64,000 nt of DNA from the NCBI GenBank assembly GCA_965203055.1, contig OZ241863.1, forward strand, positions 672,001 through 736,000. The letters run 5' to 3'. The position numbers and the translations under genes are program-made. Positions within the stretch are counted from its first letter, which is position 1; the number at the start of each line of letters is the position of its first letter. This stretch comes from Spirochaetia bacterium (GTDB lineage: Bacteria > Spirochaetota > Spirochaetia > SZUA-6 > Bin103). The notes beneath the pieces are model-generated. The model did no database searches. It worked only from the letters and a program-made list of their open reading frames with translations, and was not told the DNA's origin. This document shows, piece after piece, positions 20,392-29,487 of this stretch.

Positions 20392-23349
20392 TCATACGCG
20401 GAACACCTTCATCACTTCGTCGCCGAGGTGGTTGATCACCTTGACGGCGATGCGGCCTGACTCCGGGCGGTCGAAGGGGCGGGAGGTGTCGCTGTGGAGG
20501 GTCTCCCAGGCGTCGCGGTCGATCTCGGCCTTGAGGGTGGTCTTCAGCGCCTTGTAGGGGTCGCTGGCGCCCAGGAAGTAGGCGTGGCGGACGAAGAAGC
20601 TCTCCTCGTCGTAGTCGGTGTCGATGAACCAGCAGGCGATGCCGTCAGGGCCGTCGCTGCGGACTTCGCCGGTGTTGGGATGGAACACGTCCACGCCGTT
20701 GACCTTGACCCGGAGGCGGTCGGCGGCGCCGCTGTCGTCGGCGACCGGCAGGAGGTCGATGTCGGGCTCGCCGAAGATCACGAACAGGTTGCCGGCGCCG
20801 GTGTTCTTGAGGTCGCCGGCCATGTGCAGGTCGGCGTTCATGCGCGCCTTGAGGATCGGGACGCGGCCGAGGCGGCCGAGTTCGCCGGCGTGGGCGTCGT
20901 AGCTGAAGGCGCAGGCGATCAGCACGTCGTAGTCGGCGTCGGCGGCTTCGCGGGCGGCGGCGGCGAGATCGGGGCGGGCGACGGTGCCGAACTCGGGGCC
21001 GATGAAGACGCCGGCGCGCCGTTCGGCGCCGGTGTCGGAGGCGCCCTCGAGGTAGCGCCCTTCGGCGCAGATCAGCTTGCCCGGCCAGGGGGTGAGGGCG
21101 GTGAAGGAGATGCGGTCTTCCTTGTGCGCCTGCTGGACGCCGGCGGTGCGCAGGTTTTCGAGGATCATGGCGGCGAAGTCGTGCTGGCCGCCGTCGTCGT
21201 AGCCGGTCTTGCGCTCGGCGAGGTGGTCGATCAGGCCGTCGTTCTCGTCGACGCCCAAGGTGCGGTGCGGCGCCAGGCTTTCCACCGTAAACGGGCCGGC
21301 TACGCGCACGATGCCCCGATCTTCGTAGGGCTTGTCGTAGAGGTACTCGTAGTCCGCCTTGGCGGCGATGGAGGCGTCGATCTCCCGCTGGCGGGCGATG
21401 CGCGCTTGCCACCAGCGGCGGTGCAGGTCGGCGGGGCCGGCGTCCCACGGGTCGAGCGGCCGCTCCGGGACCGTCGCCGGCGAGTAGGCGCGGCCCAGCG
21501 CGCGGTTCAACGCCCGCAGCGCGGTCGCCTTCGCGGCGTCGGTCGGCGCGTCCTGAGTCCGCTGCCACGCCGCGGCGGCCGCGGCCGGCCACGGATCGCC
21601 CGGTTCGCGCGGAATCTCCCACTCCTCCCAGGTGCGGGCGAGGGCGGCGTTGAGTGCCGCGCGCAACGGCTCCAGGGTCTCCTGCCAGCGCTCATGGATC
21701 ACGTCGATCTCGGTGTTGTTGGCGATCGACTTGAGGGTGACGTGCGGCACGCGCTCATACACGAACCCCTGCCGAATGTCGCCGCTGGTCGCGCTCTCGG
21801 ACGGAACCGTCTGCGACAGTTCGGCTTCCTTGCGCCGTCCGTCCACGCTGTCCGCCAGCAGGTAGTACGGGTAGCGCGCGCCCATCACGCGGGAGCGTGC
21901 CAAGGCCAGGGCGACGCGCGAGGTGTCGATGGTGATCCAGCGCCGCCCCCACTGCTCGGCCACGTAGGCGGTGGTACCGGAACCGCAGGTAGGGTCAAGC
22001 ACCAAGTCGCCGGGATCGGTGGTCATGAGGATACATCGTTCAACCACCGACGCGCTTGTCTGTACCACGTAGATCAAACCCGTACCAATCTGCAGGGACT
22101 CCCATCGGTCGGTAATCGGTAGCACACTAAAGTCGCCAATATACCGCTTGTAGCGGATCGTCTTGGAGCCGGCCGCTATCCTTCCGCACTTTGCCAGATT
22201 CTCAAGCCCTTTTACGGTGGTCTTCCAGTGACTACCTCCGGAAGGGTTATACATCCTTCCTTGAAAAGAAAATGGCTGTGCAATCGATGATTGACCGGAA
22301 CTGATGAGACTCGTATGTCGAAATATCCGACCGTCAGGTAAGTCTACAAGCCGCTCGATCTCCGCCTTCGAAAGCCGTCTTTCCGTACCATCTTCCAACT
22401 CGATCTGATCATATCTGTCTGACGATACATGACCGGTGATTCGTGAGTTGTATAGCTGCCGGTATTTCGAATATTCCTTTGGATTATTTGATTTCGCGTA
22501 CCAGAGAATGAAATCTACTGTGTTCGCAAGAAGAGTTCCTGATTGACTTCCTGTTTTCTGAAATTGGATAATCGATACAAAGCTGTCTTCGCCGAATATC
22601 TCATCCATCAAGTCTCGCACGCGATGGACGTTCTCGTCGCCGATCTGTACGAAGATGCTGCCGCTCTCGGTGAGCAGGTCGCGCGCCACGGTCAGGCGGT
22701 CGCGCAGGTAGGTCAGGTACGAATGAATCCCGTCGCGCCACGTGTCGCGGAACGCCTTGACCTGTTCGGGCTCGCGGGTGATGTGTTCGGCCTTGCCGTC
22801 CTTCACGTCGCGGCTGGTGGTGGACCACTGGAAGTTGGAGTTGAACTTGATGCCGTAGGGCGGGTCGAGGTAGATGCACTGCACCGCGCCGCGCAGCCCC
22901 TCGCGCTCGGCCAGCGACGCCATCACCTGCAGGCTGTCGCCCAGGATCATGCGATTCGACCAGTTGGCGTCGTGGCGGTAGAACTCGGTGCGGGCGTCGC
23001 CGTCGGGCAGGCCGTTGAAGTCGGCGAACAGGTCGATCTGGTCGTCCGCGGCGCGTTCGTTCGCCTTGCTGCGCCGCAGCAGGTCGTCGATCAGGGCCTT
23101 GGGGTGGACCTTCTCCTGGATGAACAGCGGGGGCGCCTGGACCACGAGGTCGGACCAGTCCTGCTCGTCCTTGCCGCGCCACACGAGCTGCGGATCGAGA
23201 TCCTGGTTGCGCCGCCGATACGCCACCCGGACCGGGTGCTGATCGGCCTTCTCCATCAGCGACCGGTACTCCGCGGTGGGAATGTTCTTGCGCGACGCAT
23301 CGTCGTGCGTAATGGTCTCGACGGCCTTGGCCGCCCTGCGCTTCGCCAT
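20392..23349 (-). CDS. Site-specific adenine DNA methyltransferase (type III Mod-like, beta class)
   Basis: MILGDSL, YLDPPYG catalytic motif before DPTCGSGTT SAM-binding motif; C-terminal IAVKVINHLGDEVMKV. Confidence 0.92.
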   Translation of the reverse strand: MAKRRAAKAVETITHDDASRKNIPTAEYRSLMEKADQHPVRVAYRRRNQDLDPQLVWRGKDEQDWSDLVVQAPPLFIQEKVHPKALIDDLLRRSKANERAADDQIDLFADFNGLPDGDARTEFYRHDANWSNRMILGDSLQVMASLAEREGLRGAVQCIYLDPPYGIKFNSNFQWSTTSRDVKDGKAEHITREPEQVKAFRDTWRDGIHSYLTYLRDRLTVARDLLTESGSIFVQIGDENVHRVRDLMDEIFGEDSFVSIIQFQKTGSQSGTLLANTVDFILWYAKSNNPKEYSKYRQLYNSRITGHVSSDRYDQIELEDGTERRLSKAEIERLVDLPDGRIFRHTSLISSGQSSIAQPFSFQGRMYNPSGGSHWKTTVKGLENLAKCGRIAAGSKTIRYKRYIGDFSVLPITDRWESLQIGTGLIYVVQTSASVVERCILMTTDPGDLVLDPTCGSGTTAYVAEQWGRRWITIDTSRVALALARSRVMGARYPYYLLADSVDGRRKEAELSQTVPSESATSGDIRQGFVYERVPHVTLKSIANNTEIDVIHERWQETLEPLRAALNAALARTWEEWEIPREPGDPWPAAAAAAWQRTQDAPTDAAKATALRALNRALGRAYSPATVPERPLDPWDAGPADLHRRWWQARIARQREIDASIAAKADYEYLYDKPYEDRGIVRVAGPFTVESLAPHRTLGVDENDGLIDHLAERKTGYDDGGQHDFAAMILENLRTAGVQQAHKEDRISFTALTPWPGKLICAEGRYLEGASDTGAERRAGVFIGPEFGTVARPDLAAAAREAADADYDVLIACAFSYDAHAGELGRLGRVPILKARMNADLHMAGDLKNTGAGNLFVIFGEPDIDLLPVADDSGAADRLRVKVNGVDVFHPNTGEVRSDGPDGIACWFIDTDYDEESFFVRHAYFLGASDPYKALKTTLKAEIDRDAWETLHSDTSRPFDRPESGRIAVKVINHLGDEVMKVFRV

Positions 23350-23425
23350 CTACGGGTAGTCCTTCTCGGTCTCGGCCGGCAGGCAGCGCACCGCCGGCAC
23401 CGGCGCGCGCGGTTCGATCGCGGTG

Positions 23426-23502
23426 TTACACATCGATCGCGTCTCCCTGTTGGTGTCGATGGCCAAGTCTACCGGTCTTCCCCACAATTCTTCCAGATAC
23501 TC
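23426..23502 (-). pseudogene. Relic of a minimal nucleotidyltransferase (MNT antitoxin-like) C-terminus
   Basis: EYLEELWGRPVDLAI, then in a shifted frame QQGDAIDV*, resembling the '.LE.L.GR.VDLV....EAI.V' end of MNT proteins. Confidence 0.4.
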
Positions 23503-23576
23503 CCGGGTGGGCGGCGGGGCGCCGCGCGCCCATGCAAAAGCGCCGCCGACGCCGCGCCGTTGTAGGGATCAGAGAA

Positions 23577-24566
23577 ATGGCACCACCCCTGCATCAGCCC
23601 CACGATCACCTGTTCCGCCTGGTGTTCGCCGACCCCGAGGAGACCGCCGCCTTCCTCCGCGCCCGGCTGCCGGACTCGTACCAGGGCGGCATCCTCTGGT
23701 CCTCCCTGCGCCGCGCCGCAGGCTCCTTCGTCGACCAGGAGCTGCGCGGCTCCGTCACCGACCTGCTGTTCGAAGTGCGCAGCGCCGCCGCGGCGCCGCG
23801 GCAGTGGCTCTACCTGCTGTTCGAACATCAGTCCCAGCCCGACCGCTGGATCACGCTACGCCTGCTGCGCTACTGCTGCCGCATCTGGGAGAACGACCGC
23901 CGCGACCACCCCGACGAGCAGTACCTGCGCCCGGTGCTGCCGCTGGTGTTCTACCAGGGCGAGCACCACTGGCACTACGCCATCGAACTGGCGGAGTCGT
24001 TCCCGCCGGCGCTGCGCGGCCAGCCGTGGGTACCCCGCTTCTGCCCGCTGCTGCTGGACCAGACCCGGATGGCGCCGGCGGCGGTGGCCGGGGAACTGCA
24101 CGGGCGGTTGCTGCAACTGGCGATGATGCACACCTTCGAGCAGGAGCTGGGGGAGGCGCGGAAGCGAATCGCGCCGCTGATAGGGGAGTTGAAGTGGAAG
24201 CCGACGCACGGCGGGGTGGACTACTACCAAGCGTTCCTGAGGTATATTGTGAAGACCGGGCCGGCGGACACGCTGCAAGCGCTGGGTGAGCTGCTGCGGC
24301 GCCTGGCGCCGGAACTGAGAGGTGATCTGATGACCTGTGGCGAGATACTGCGCCGGGAAGGCGAATTGAAGGGCCGCCAGGAAGGCCGGCGGGAGGGCCG
24401 CCGGGAAGGCGAACTGAAAGGCCGGCTGGAGACCATCGACGGGTTCCTGCAGGCCGGGATCAAGTGGCCGGTGATCCACTCCGCCACCGGCATCGACGAG
24501 CCCACCTACCGCACCCTCAAACGCGGCGCCGCCAACGGCACGGAGCAGGCCGCGCCCCGCCAATAA
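23577..24566 (+). CDS. Rpn family recombination-promoting nuclease (PD-(D/E)XK, transposase_31)
   Basis: PHDHLFR, SFVDQELR, TDLLF, YLLFEHQS, VLPLVFYQG, C-terminal EG repeats. Confidence 0.92.
   Translation: MAPPLHQPHDHLFRLVFADPEETAAFLRARLPDSYQGGILWSSLRRAAGSFVDQELRGSVTDLLFEVRSAAAAPRQWLYLLFEHQSQPDRWITLRLLRYCCRIWENDRRDHPDEQYLRPVLPLVFYQGEHHWHYAIELAESFPPALRGQPWVPRFCPLLLDQTRMAPAAVAGELHGRLLQLAMMHTFEQELGEARKRIAPLIGELKWKPTHGGVDYYQAFLRYIVKTGPADTLQALGELLRRLAPELRGDLMTCGEILRREGELKGRQEGRREGRREGELKGRLETIDGFLQAGIKWPVIHSATGIDEPTYRTLKRGAANGTEQAAPRQ
24330..24566 (+). CDS. Putative intragenic small Rpn C-terminal protein (RpnS-like antitoxin), 78 aa
   Basis: In-frame ATG 24330 preceded by GAGGTGAT (24319-24326), at the start of the variable MT..E.LR.EG tail. 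Confidence 0.55.
   Translation: MTCGEILRREGELKGRQEGRREGRREGELKGRLETIDGFLQAGIKWPVIHSATGIDEPTYRTLKRGAANGTEQAAPRQ
24351..24422 (+). repeat. Six 12-bp degenerate tandem repeats in the Rpn tail (RREG/ELKG/RQEG)
   Basis: cgccgggaaggc gaattgaagggc cgccaggaaggc cggcgggagggc cgccgggaaggc gaactgaaaggc. Confidence 0.85.
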
Positions 24567-24645
24567 TCCGCGCCTTGGAAGTGCGGCCCGCCGGCGCCGG
24601 CGGTTGCCAAGGGCGGGCGCGGCTGATAGCGTTGAATGGCCCCGC

Positions 24646-25737
24646 ATGCCTGCTCACCTCAGCCATCTGCTGTTTGCCGAGGATGCCCTGCGCGCAGCCA
24701 CCCCCGAGGCCGACTGCCTGCTGGAGCGCGCCGGCAATCTGTTCCGCTTCGGCGCTCAAGGCCCCGACATATTCTATCATAGCCAGCGTACCCGGCCCGT
24801 TGCGCTGCGCTACGGCACGCTGATCCACCGGCACGGGTTCGGCAGCATGGTGGCCCACATGACGCAGACGGTGCTCACCGCGGCGCGGCGTACCGGCGCC
24901 CCGGACCCGCAGCAGGTCGCCTTTCTGCTGGGCTTCGCCACCCACGCCGAGCTGGATCGCTTCACCCACCCGTACATCATCTGCCGCGCCGGGTGGGTGC
25001 GGCGGCAGGAGCCAGCCAGCCAGCGGTACCGGCGCTGCCACGCGTTTCTGGAACGGCTGTTGGACGTGGCGGCGTTGCGCGCGCTGCGCTCCCAGGAGCT
25101 CCATCAGTTCGACTTCTTTTCGCAAGTCTACTGCGGTGAGAGCCTGCCGTACTCGACGCTCAAGATGCTGGTCAAGGCGGTGGACGGCGTCTACCCGACG
25201 GCCAGCTACAAGTCGCGCAACCGGCGCCGGGTAGAGAATGCCTACGGCGACGCGTTGCGCTTCTACACCTTGACCGACCACCGCAACCCGCGGCTGCGGC
25301 GGCGCGCCCTGGAGCTCGACCGGCGCGACGGCGACCACCACCGGCGGGGCGCAGTGTTTCACTTCCCCGACGCCGGCCGGGAGCTGGACCCGGCGAATCT
25401 CCAACGCCGGCCATGGCCGCATCCCTGCTGCCCCGAGGTTCGCAGCGAGGCGAGTTTCCTCGACCTGATGGCCGCCGCGCACCGGGCGCTGGTACCGCGC
25501 CTGCGGCGCCTGGCCGCGCTCCTGCGGCTGCCGGCCAGCGGCGCCGGCGCCCCGGAAGCGGCCGCCCGCCGCGTTCCCGACGAGGCCGTTGCCGGCCTCG
25601 CGGAGGAGTTCGGGAATCAGGGCCTCGGGGCGACCTGCGCCGGCCGCACCTGCACGCCGGTCCACGCGGAACCGTTGCCGCTGGCCGAGTTGTTGGAGCG
25701 GCTGCACCGCGAGCCGGCGGCCGCGGCCGCCCGTTGA
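24646..25737 (+). CDS. Zinc-dependent phospholipase C family protein
   Basis: MPAHLSH N-terminus, GAQGPDIFY, GFATHAELDRFTHPYI, HAFLERLLD. Confidence 0.8.
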   Translation: MPAHLSHLLFAEDALRAATPEADCLLERAGNLFRFGAQGPDIFYHSQRTRPVALRYGTLIHRHGFGSMVAHMTQTVLTAARRTGAPDPQQVAFLLGFATHAELDRFTHPYIICRAGWVRRQEPASQRYRRCHAFLERLLDVAALRALRSQELHQFDFFSQVYCGESLPYSTLKMLVKAVDGVYPTASYKSRNRRRVENAYGDALRFYTLTDHRNPRLRRRALELDRRDGDHHRRGAVFHFPDAGRELDPANLQRRPWPHPCCPEVRSEASFLDLMAAAHRALVPRLRRLAALLRLPASGAGAPEAAARRVPDEAVAGLAEEFGNQGLGATCAGRTCTPVHAEPLPLAELLERLHREPAAAAAR

Positions 25738-25752
25738 CCGGTACCCGAACCG

Positions 25753-26403
25753 TTGCCGAGCGATGCGGCTACCCGCGGCTTCGAGCGCGGTACGGAGCGC
25801 GACCGCGGCTTCGAGCACGTTGCCAAGTTCCTGTTGTTGCTGGGCGGGACCGCCGCGGCGCAGGTGCTGTCACGGCTCACCGCCGGCGAGGTGACGGGCA
25901 TCATCCGGGAAGTCGCCCGCACCGGCCACGTCGAGCAGCGTGAAGCGCGGCGCATCCTGGAGGAGTTCGGCTACGTGACGGACACCCGTGAGTTGTACGC
26001 CCGCGGCGGCGCCGCCGCGGCCGCCGCCATGCTGCGGGCCGGCGTCGGCGAGGAGCGGGCGGCGGCGCTGTTGGCGCGCTTGCCGGCGCCCATGCCGGCG
26101 CCGGCCGGCGAATCCGAATCCGGGGAGCAGCCGGGCGCGTCGTTGCTGGCGGCCGCGGACGCGGCCCTGCGGCAGGCAGCGGCGGAGCGCAGCGACCGCC
26201 AGCTCGCCTGCGCGCTGGCCGCCGCGCCGGCGCCGGTGGCGCGCCGCCTGCGCGCCTGCCTGCCGCCGCCGCGCCGGGCCGCGGTCGAAGCCCAGGCCGC
26301 CGGCGCCGCCGCTACCCTGGCCGCCGTCCGGGCCGGCGCCCTGCGCGCGCTGGAACGGGAGGTCGAGCCGCTGCAGCAACCCGCTGAGGAGCCTCCGCAG
26401 TGA
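25753..26403 (+). CDS. Shortened FliG-like protein (spirochaete FliG1-type N-terminus)
   Basis: VAKFLLLLG...AAQVLSRL...IIREVA...RRILEEF...GGAAAAAAMLRAGVGEERAAALL matches the FliG N-domain; only 216 aa. Confidence 0.6.
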   Translation: MPSDAATRGFERGTERDRGFEHVAKFLLLLGGTAAAQVLSRLTAGEVTGIIREVARTGHVEQREARRILEEFGYVTDTRELYARGGAAAAAAMLRAGVGEERAAALLARLPAPMPAPAGESESGEQPGASLLAAADAALRQAAAERSDRQLACALAAAPAPVARRLRACLPPPRRAAVEAQAAGAAATLAAVRAGALRALEREVEPLQQPAEEPPQ

Positions 26404-27749
26404 ACACGGTAAGAAGATCGTCGAGCACGAGTACGCCGCCGCCCGCGCGCCCGCCGCGGGTGTCGATCGCCGACCTGCCCCGTCACCTGGGCGAGCGGGT
26501 CGAGATCGCCGGCTGGCTCTACAACATCCGTTCCAAGGGCAAAATCCACTTTCTGCAGCTCCGCGACGGCAGCGGGCGCGTCCAGGGAGTGGCGGTCGGA
26601 GGCGAGTGCGACCCGCAATCCTTCAACGCGCTGGGCGCGCTCAAGCTGGAAGCCAGCCTGGTGGTGCGCGGGGAGGTGCGCGCCGACGCCCGCGCGCCGG
26701 GGGGCGTCGAATTGGGCGTGCGCAGCGCCGCCGTGTGCCACAACCCGACCGCCGACTACCCCATTGCCAAGAAGGCGCACGGCATCGACTTCCTGCTGGA
26801 GCACCGCCATCTCTGGCTGCGCTCGGCCCGCCAGGAAGCGATGCTGCGCGTCCGCAGCCGCGCGGGCGCCAGTCTGCGCCGCTTCTTCGAGCAGCGCGGC
26901 TTCATCCACGTCGACACGCCGATTCTCACCGGAGCGATCGGCGAAAGCGCCGGCGCGCTGTTCAGTCTGGCCTATTTCGACCTCGGCGATGCCTATCTGG
27001 CCCAGACCGGCCAGCTCTACCTGGAAGCGGCCTGCGCGGCCCTGGGCCGGGTGTACAACTTCGGTCCCACGTTCCGCGCCGAGAAGTCCAAGACGCGCCG
27101 CCACCTCACCGAGTTCTGGATGCTGGAAGCGGAGGTGGCATTCATGGACCAGCGCGGCAACCTGGAGCTGCAGGAGCAGCTCGTCAGCACCGTGGCAGCC
27201 GACGTGGTGGCCGAATGCGCCGCCGAACTGGAAACGCTGGGCCGCGACCTGGCGCCGTTGCGCGCCGTGCAGGCGCCGTTCCCGCGGCTCGACTACGGCG
27301 CCGCGGTGGAGTTGCTGCGCGCCGCCGGCAGCGCCATCACCTGGGGGCAGGACCTGGGAGCCGACGACGAAACCATCCTGTCACGCCGATACGAGCGCCC
27401 GGTGTTCATCGTGAACTACCCGCGCGCGGTAAAGGCGTTCTACATGAAGCGCAATCCCGAAGCGCCGGACACCGTGCTCTGCGCCGACCTGCTGGCGTCC
27501 GAGGGGTACGGCGAGATCATCGGCGGCTCGCAGCGGGAGGACGATCATGATCTCCTGCAGGAACGCATCCGCGAGGCGGGCCTGCCGCTGGAGGCGTACC
27601 GCTGGTACCTCGACCTGCGGCGGTTCGGCAGCGTGGTGCACTCCGGCTTCGGCCTCGGTCTGGAGCGCACCGTCGCCTGGCTCACCGGCAGCGCCCACGT
27701 GCGCGAATGCGCGCCGTTTCCGCGCACCCTGTCCCGCATCTATCCCTGA
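26400..27749 (+). CDS. asnS: Asparagine--tRNA ligase
   Basis: OB fold FLQLRDGSG, RHLWLR, LAQTGQLYLE, FRAEKSKTRRHLTEFWMLE, HSGFGLGLER. Confidence 0.95.
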   Translation: MNTVRRSSSTSTPPPARPPRVSIADLPRHLGERVEIAGWLYNIRSKGKIHFLQLRDGSGRVQGVAVGGECDPQSFNALGALKLEASLVVRGEVRADARAPGGVELGVRSAAVCHNPTADYPIAKKAHGIDFLLEHRHLWLRSARQEAMLRVRSRAGASLRRFFEQRGFIHVDTPILTGAIGESAGALFSLAYFDLGDAYLAQTGQLYLEAACAALGRVYNFGPTFRAEKSKTRRHLTEFWMLEAEVAFMDQRGNLELQEQLVSTVAADVVAECAAELETLGRDLAPLRAVQAPFPRLDYGAAVELLRAAGSAITWGQDLGADDETILSRRYERPVFIVNYPRAVKAFYMKRNPEAPDTVLCADLLASEGYGEIIGGSQREDDHDLLQERIREAGLPLEAYRWYLDLRRFGSVVHSGFGLGLERTVAWLTGSAHVRECAPFPRTLSRIYP

Positions 27750-27800
27750 CGCCGGGCGCCAACCGCGGCGCCCCGGGGGTATACTAAGGGCAGCGCAAAG

Positions 27801-28271
27801 ATGTTCTCTCTCGGAATCGCATACCTGCTGTGGGCCGTTGGCGGCTTCGGCACGCTCGGACTGCACCGCTTCTATCTGCGCAAGCCGGGGACCGGCATTC
27901 TGTGGCTGCTCAGCGCGGGGGTCTTCTGGATCGGCGCCCTGGTGGACCTGTTCCTCATCCCGCGCCTGGTGAACGAAGCCAATCTGATCGCCCGCGGGCG
28001 CGAAGACCTCCCCGCGCCCGCGCCGCCGACCCCGGAGTCTCTGGAACAAGCGATCCTGCGCGCCGCCCAGGCGAACGGCGGCCTGGCTTCTCCCGGCGCG
28101 GTTGCCGCCGGCGGCAACTGGACCCTCGACGAGGCCAAGTCCTGCCTGGACGGCATGGTGGACAAGGGCTACGCCGAGCTGCGGCCCACCAGGAGCGGCG
28201 CGCCCAGCCTGGTCTACGTGATCCCCGACTTCCTTACCGACGCCACCCGCGCGCAGCTCGAGGACCTGTAA
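27801..28271 (+). CDS. TM2/NINE-domain membrane protein with C-terminal winged-helix-like domain
   Basis: AYLLW..GFG.LGLHRFYL...TGILWL...DLFLIP; TATACT -10 box just upstream. Confidence 0.8.
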   Translation: MFSLGIAYLLWAVGGFGTLGLHRFYLRKPGTGILWLLSAGVFWIGALVDLFLIPRLVNEANLIARGREDLPAPAPPTPESLEQAILRAAQANGGLASPGAVAAGGNWTLDEAKSCLDGMVDKGYAELRPTRSGAPSLVYVIPDFLTDATRAQLEDL

Positions 28272-28302
28272 GCGGTTCGGGCCGGGTTCGGGCGGTTGGG
28301 GC

Positions 28303-28923
28303 CTAGTCGACGCGGCCCTTGGTCGACATGGCGGCGGTGGACGGCGCGCAGGCCGCGGCCAGGGCGCGCCCCAGCGCCTTGAACAGGGCCTCGACCATGT
28401 GGTGCGCGTTGACCCCGCGGCGGACGGTGGCGTGAACGTTGATCCGCGCGCGGGTCGTCACCGCCAGCAGGAACTCGCGCACCAGCGCCACGTCGAAGGT
28501 GCCCACCAGCGGCTGCGGGTAGCCGGCCTCGTAGTGCAGATAGGGCCGGCCGCCGGCGTCTATCACCACCTCGGCCAGTGCGTCATCCATCGGCACCAGG
28601 GCGCTGCCGAAGCGCATCACCGGGGCGTGGGCGCGCGCCTCCCGCAGACAGTCGCCCAGCACCAGCCCCACGTCCTCCACCAGATGATGGGGATCGACCT
28701 CCACGTCGCCGCGCGCCCGCACCTGCAGCTCGAAGCGGCCGTGGAACGCCAGCGCCTTGAGCACGTGGCTGAAGAACGGCACCGGCGTGTCGATACGCAC
28801 CGGGCCGCCCTGATCCAGACCCAGCACGATCGCGATCCGGGTCTCCTCGGTGTGGCGTTCGACGCTTGCGCTGCGCTGCGCGCCGGTTGCCGGCGGCGGT
28901 CGCGGCTCCTCGGGACCGGGCAT
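28303..28923 (-). CDS. hisB: Imidazoleglycerol-phosphate dehydratase
   Basis: RHTEET, DPHHLVED, PMDDAL, NAHHMVEALFKA. Confidence 0.95.
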   Translation of the reverse strand: MPGPEEPRPPPATGAQRSASVERHTEETRIAIVLGLDQGGPVRIDTPVPFFSHVLKALAFHGRFELQVRARGDVEVDPHHLVEDVGLVLGDCLREARAHAPVMRFGSALVPMDDALAEVVIDAGGRPYLHYEAGYPQPLVGTFDVALVREFLLAVTTRARINVHATVRRGVNAHHMVEALFKALGRALAAACAPSTAAMSTKGRVD

Positions 28924-28932
28924 CGGGCGCCG

Positions 28933-29442
28933 CTACCAGTGCTCGTAGGCGACGATGTCCGCCAGCGCCTTGCGGCTCCGTTCCGGCGGCGGCTGGTCGG
29001 TGTAGCCGAACGCCAGCATCATCACCACGCGCATCGCGTGGGGGACGCTGAGCAGATCCTGCACCTCCTGCTCATCGAAGGTGGTCATGGCGCACGAACC
29101 GATTCCCTCGTAGGTGGCCTGCAACATCATGAACGCGGAGGCAATGCTCAGATCGACCGGATAGGAGAGCTGACCATTGGGCATCCGGTAATCGATATTC
29201 GTCGTGCAAACCGCTATGATGACGGGCGCCGTAACGATCTGTTCCGCGCCGAACGCCGCGTCGGCGAGCCGGTCACGGAGGTCCGATCTGCTCACCACGA
29301 TGAAGCGCCATTCCTGCCGATTCTTGGCCGACGGCGCCAACCGCGCAGCCTGCACGATGCGCTCGACGTGGCTGTTGCCGAGCGGTTGCGGGAGGAAGCG
29401 CTTGGCACTCCAACGCGCCGTAATTGCTGGAAGGATACTCAT
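28933..29442 (-). CDS. Nitroreductase family protein
   Basis: C-terminal part of the long track ORF; ATG 29442 MSILPAITARWSAKRF, ARLAPSAKNRQEWRF, GIGSC. Confidence 0.88.
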   Translation of the reverse strand: MSILPAITARWSAKRFLPQPLGNSHVERIVQAARLAPSAKNRQEWRFIVVSRSDLRDRLADAAFGAEQIVTAPVIIAVCTTNIDYRMPNGQLSYPVDLSIASAFMMLQATYEGIGSCAMTTFDEQEVQDLLSVPHAMRVVMMLAFGYTDQPPPERSRKALADIVAYEHW

Positions 29443-29487
29443 AGTGCGTGCGGCAGGAAGCGGACCCCGACAGCATAGACGATACGA

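Noticed and set aside
24351..24422. Short tandem repeats as a CRISPR-like array
   Set aside because: In-frame 12-bp coding repeats of the Rpn tail with no spacers; no cas genes or CRISPR arrays were seen in the window.
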